Below, one piece after another: positions 63,379-64,000 of a stretch of 64,000 nt of DNA. The notes below the pieces were generated by a model. It made no database searches and was not told the DNA's origin. It saw nothing but the letters and a program-made list of their open reading frames with translations. A program made the translations under genes and the position numbers. Location of the stretch: the sequence record NC_048046.1; one strand, given 5' to 3'. The number at the start of each line of letters is the position of its first letter. Position 1 is the stretch's first letter.

Positions 63379-64000
63379 GCACTCGGACACCGAGAACTCG
63401 CTTCCCAATCTGGTGCTGGGCGAGATTGCAGTGAACACCGCCGATGATGTGCTCTGGGTGCGCGCCGGCGGCCGGCGCACGCCTATCCATCTTCCGTCGG
63501 TTCAGCGCGCCATGCCTTATGACGGCCAGTCGGGCGCCCCGCTGGTCTCGACGGGCGGCGCATCCACCTGGGACCCCGGTCTGGCGCCGGTCGCGGTTGT
63601 CGACAACGCGATCAAGGTGGACATTCCGCCTGACGACGGCTTCATGAGCGTGCCGGGCGTGCAGATCATCGGGATCGGGAACGACCGTACGTTGCCGGTG
63701 AACTCGATCCAGATCGAGCACTTTCAGGTGCGCTCCGATCAGATCACCCTGACGTCCCTAGCTTGTGTGATCCGCTCGGCTGGCGCCGGCGCGATCCGCA
63801 TGGGCCTCTTCGACGAAAACGACAACCGTCTGCTGAACCAGCTTTTCAGCACGCCGGCGCAGGGCGTCAATTCGTTCAACTTCAATCTGGTTCTGCCGCG
63901 CGGCCATTATCGCGCGCAGATGTGGAATGCCACCGCCACCGACTTTGGGGTGGCAACCGGTATCCAGACCGATCAGGGGTGGCGCGTGGTTGGCTCGGAT
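63362..64000 (+). CDS. Fibre-associated protein, truncated by the window edge
   Basis: Read manually and open to the end; PNL.LGEIAVNTADD.LW motif. Confidence 0.75.
   Translation, partial: MSIQNKHSDTENSLPNLVLGEIAVNTADDVLWVRAGGRRTPIHLPSVQRAMPYDGQSGAPLVSTGGASTWDPGLAPVAVVDNAIKVDIPPDDGFMSVPGVQIIGIGNDRTLPVNSIQIEHFQVRSDQITLTSLACVIRSAGAGAIRMGLFDENDNRLLNQLFSTPAQGVNSFNFNLVLPRGHYRAQMWNATATDFGVATGIQTDQGWRVVGSD

Overview
This window looks like the left end and head-morphogenesis region of a large, GC-rich phiCbK-like (Caulobacter/Brevundimonas-infecting) siphophage. The assignment is inferred from gene order, protein resemblance and abundant CtrA-type boxes; no database search was run. 1-1.9 kb is non-coding and packed with at least five kinds of short repeat, consistent with a terminus, packaging or origin region. 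1.9-18.3 kb is an array of about 40 small, mostly unknown early-type genes. These sit in cassettes that usually begin with a near-identical TT(A/T)A-N7-TTAA-GAAAT box (25 copies counted by eye), followed by a conserved leader hairpin and an RBS. 18.6-21.6 kb holds a transglutaminase-like cysteine protease and small virion-type genes. The portal lies at 21.9-23.9 kb. About 17 kb of accessory genes follow: HNH nucleases, a Phd-like antitoxin, HslV-like and C39-like proteases, HD and DHH phosphohydrolases, a DEDD exonuclease and three tandem SwrD/FlbD-like paralogues. Next come the scaffold, major capsid and minor capsid genes, then a fibre/adhesin block (7-cadherin protein, three mosaic paralogues, a 2765-aa glycine-rich/LamG protein) running off the right edge. 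The most unexplained signals are non-coding: a four-copy ~65-bp structured element each behind its own CtrA-box promoter, a dispersed 28-bp 11-6-11 palindrome family, and three promoter-linked or intergenic structured-RNA candidates. No tRNA, rRNA, CRISPR array, terminase or tail-tube gene was recognised.
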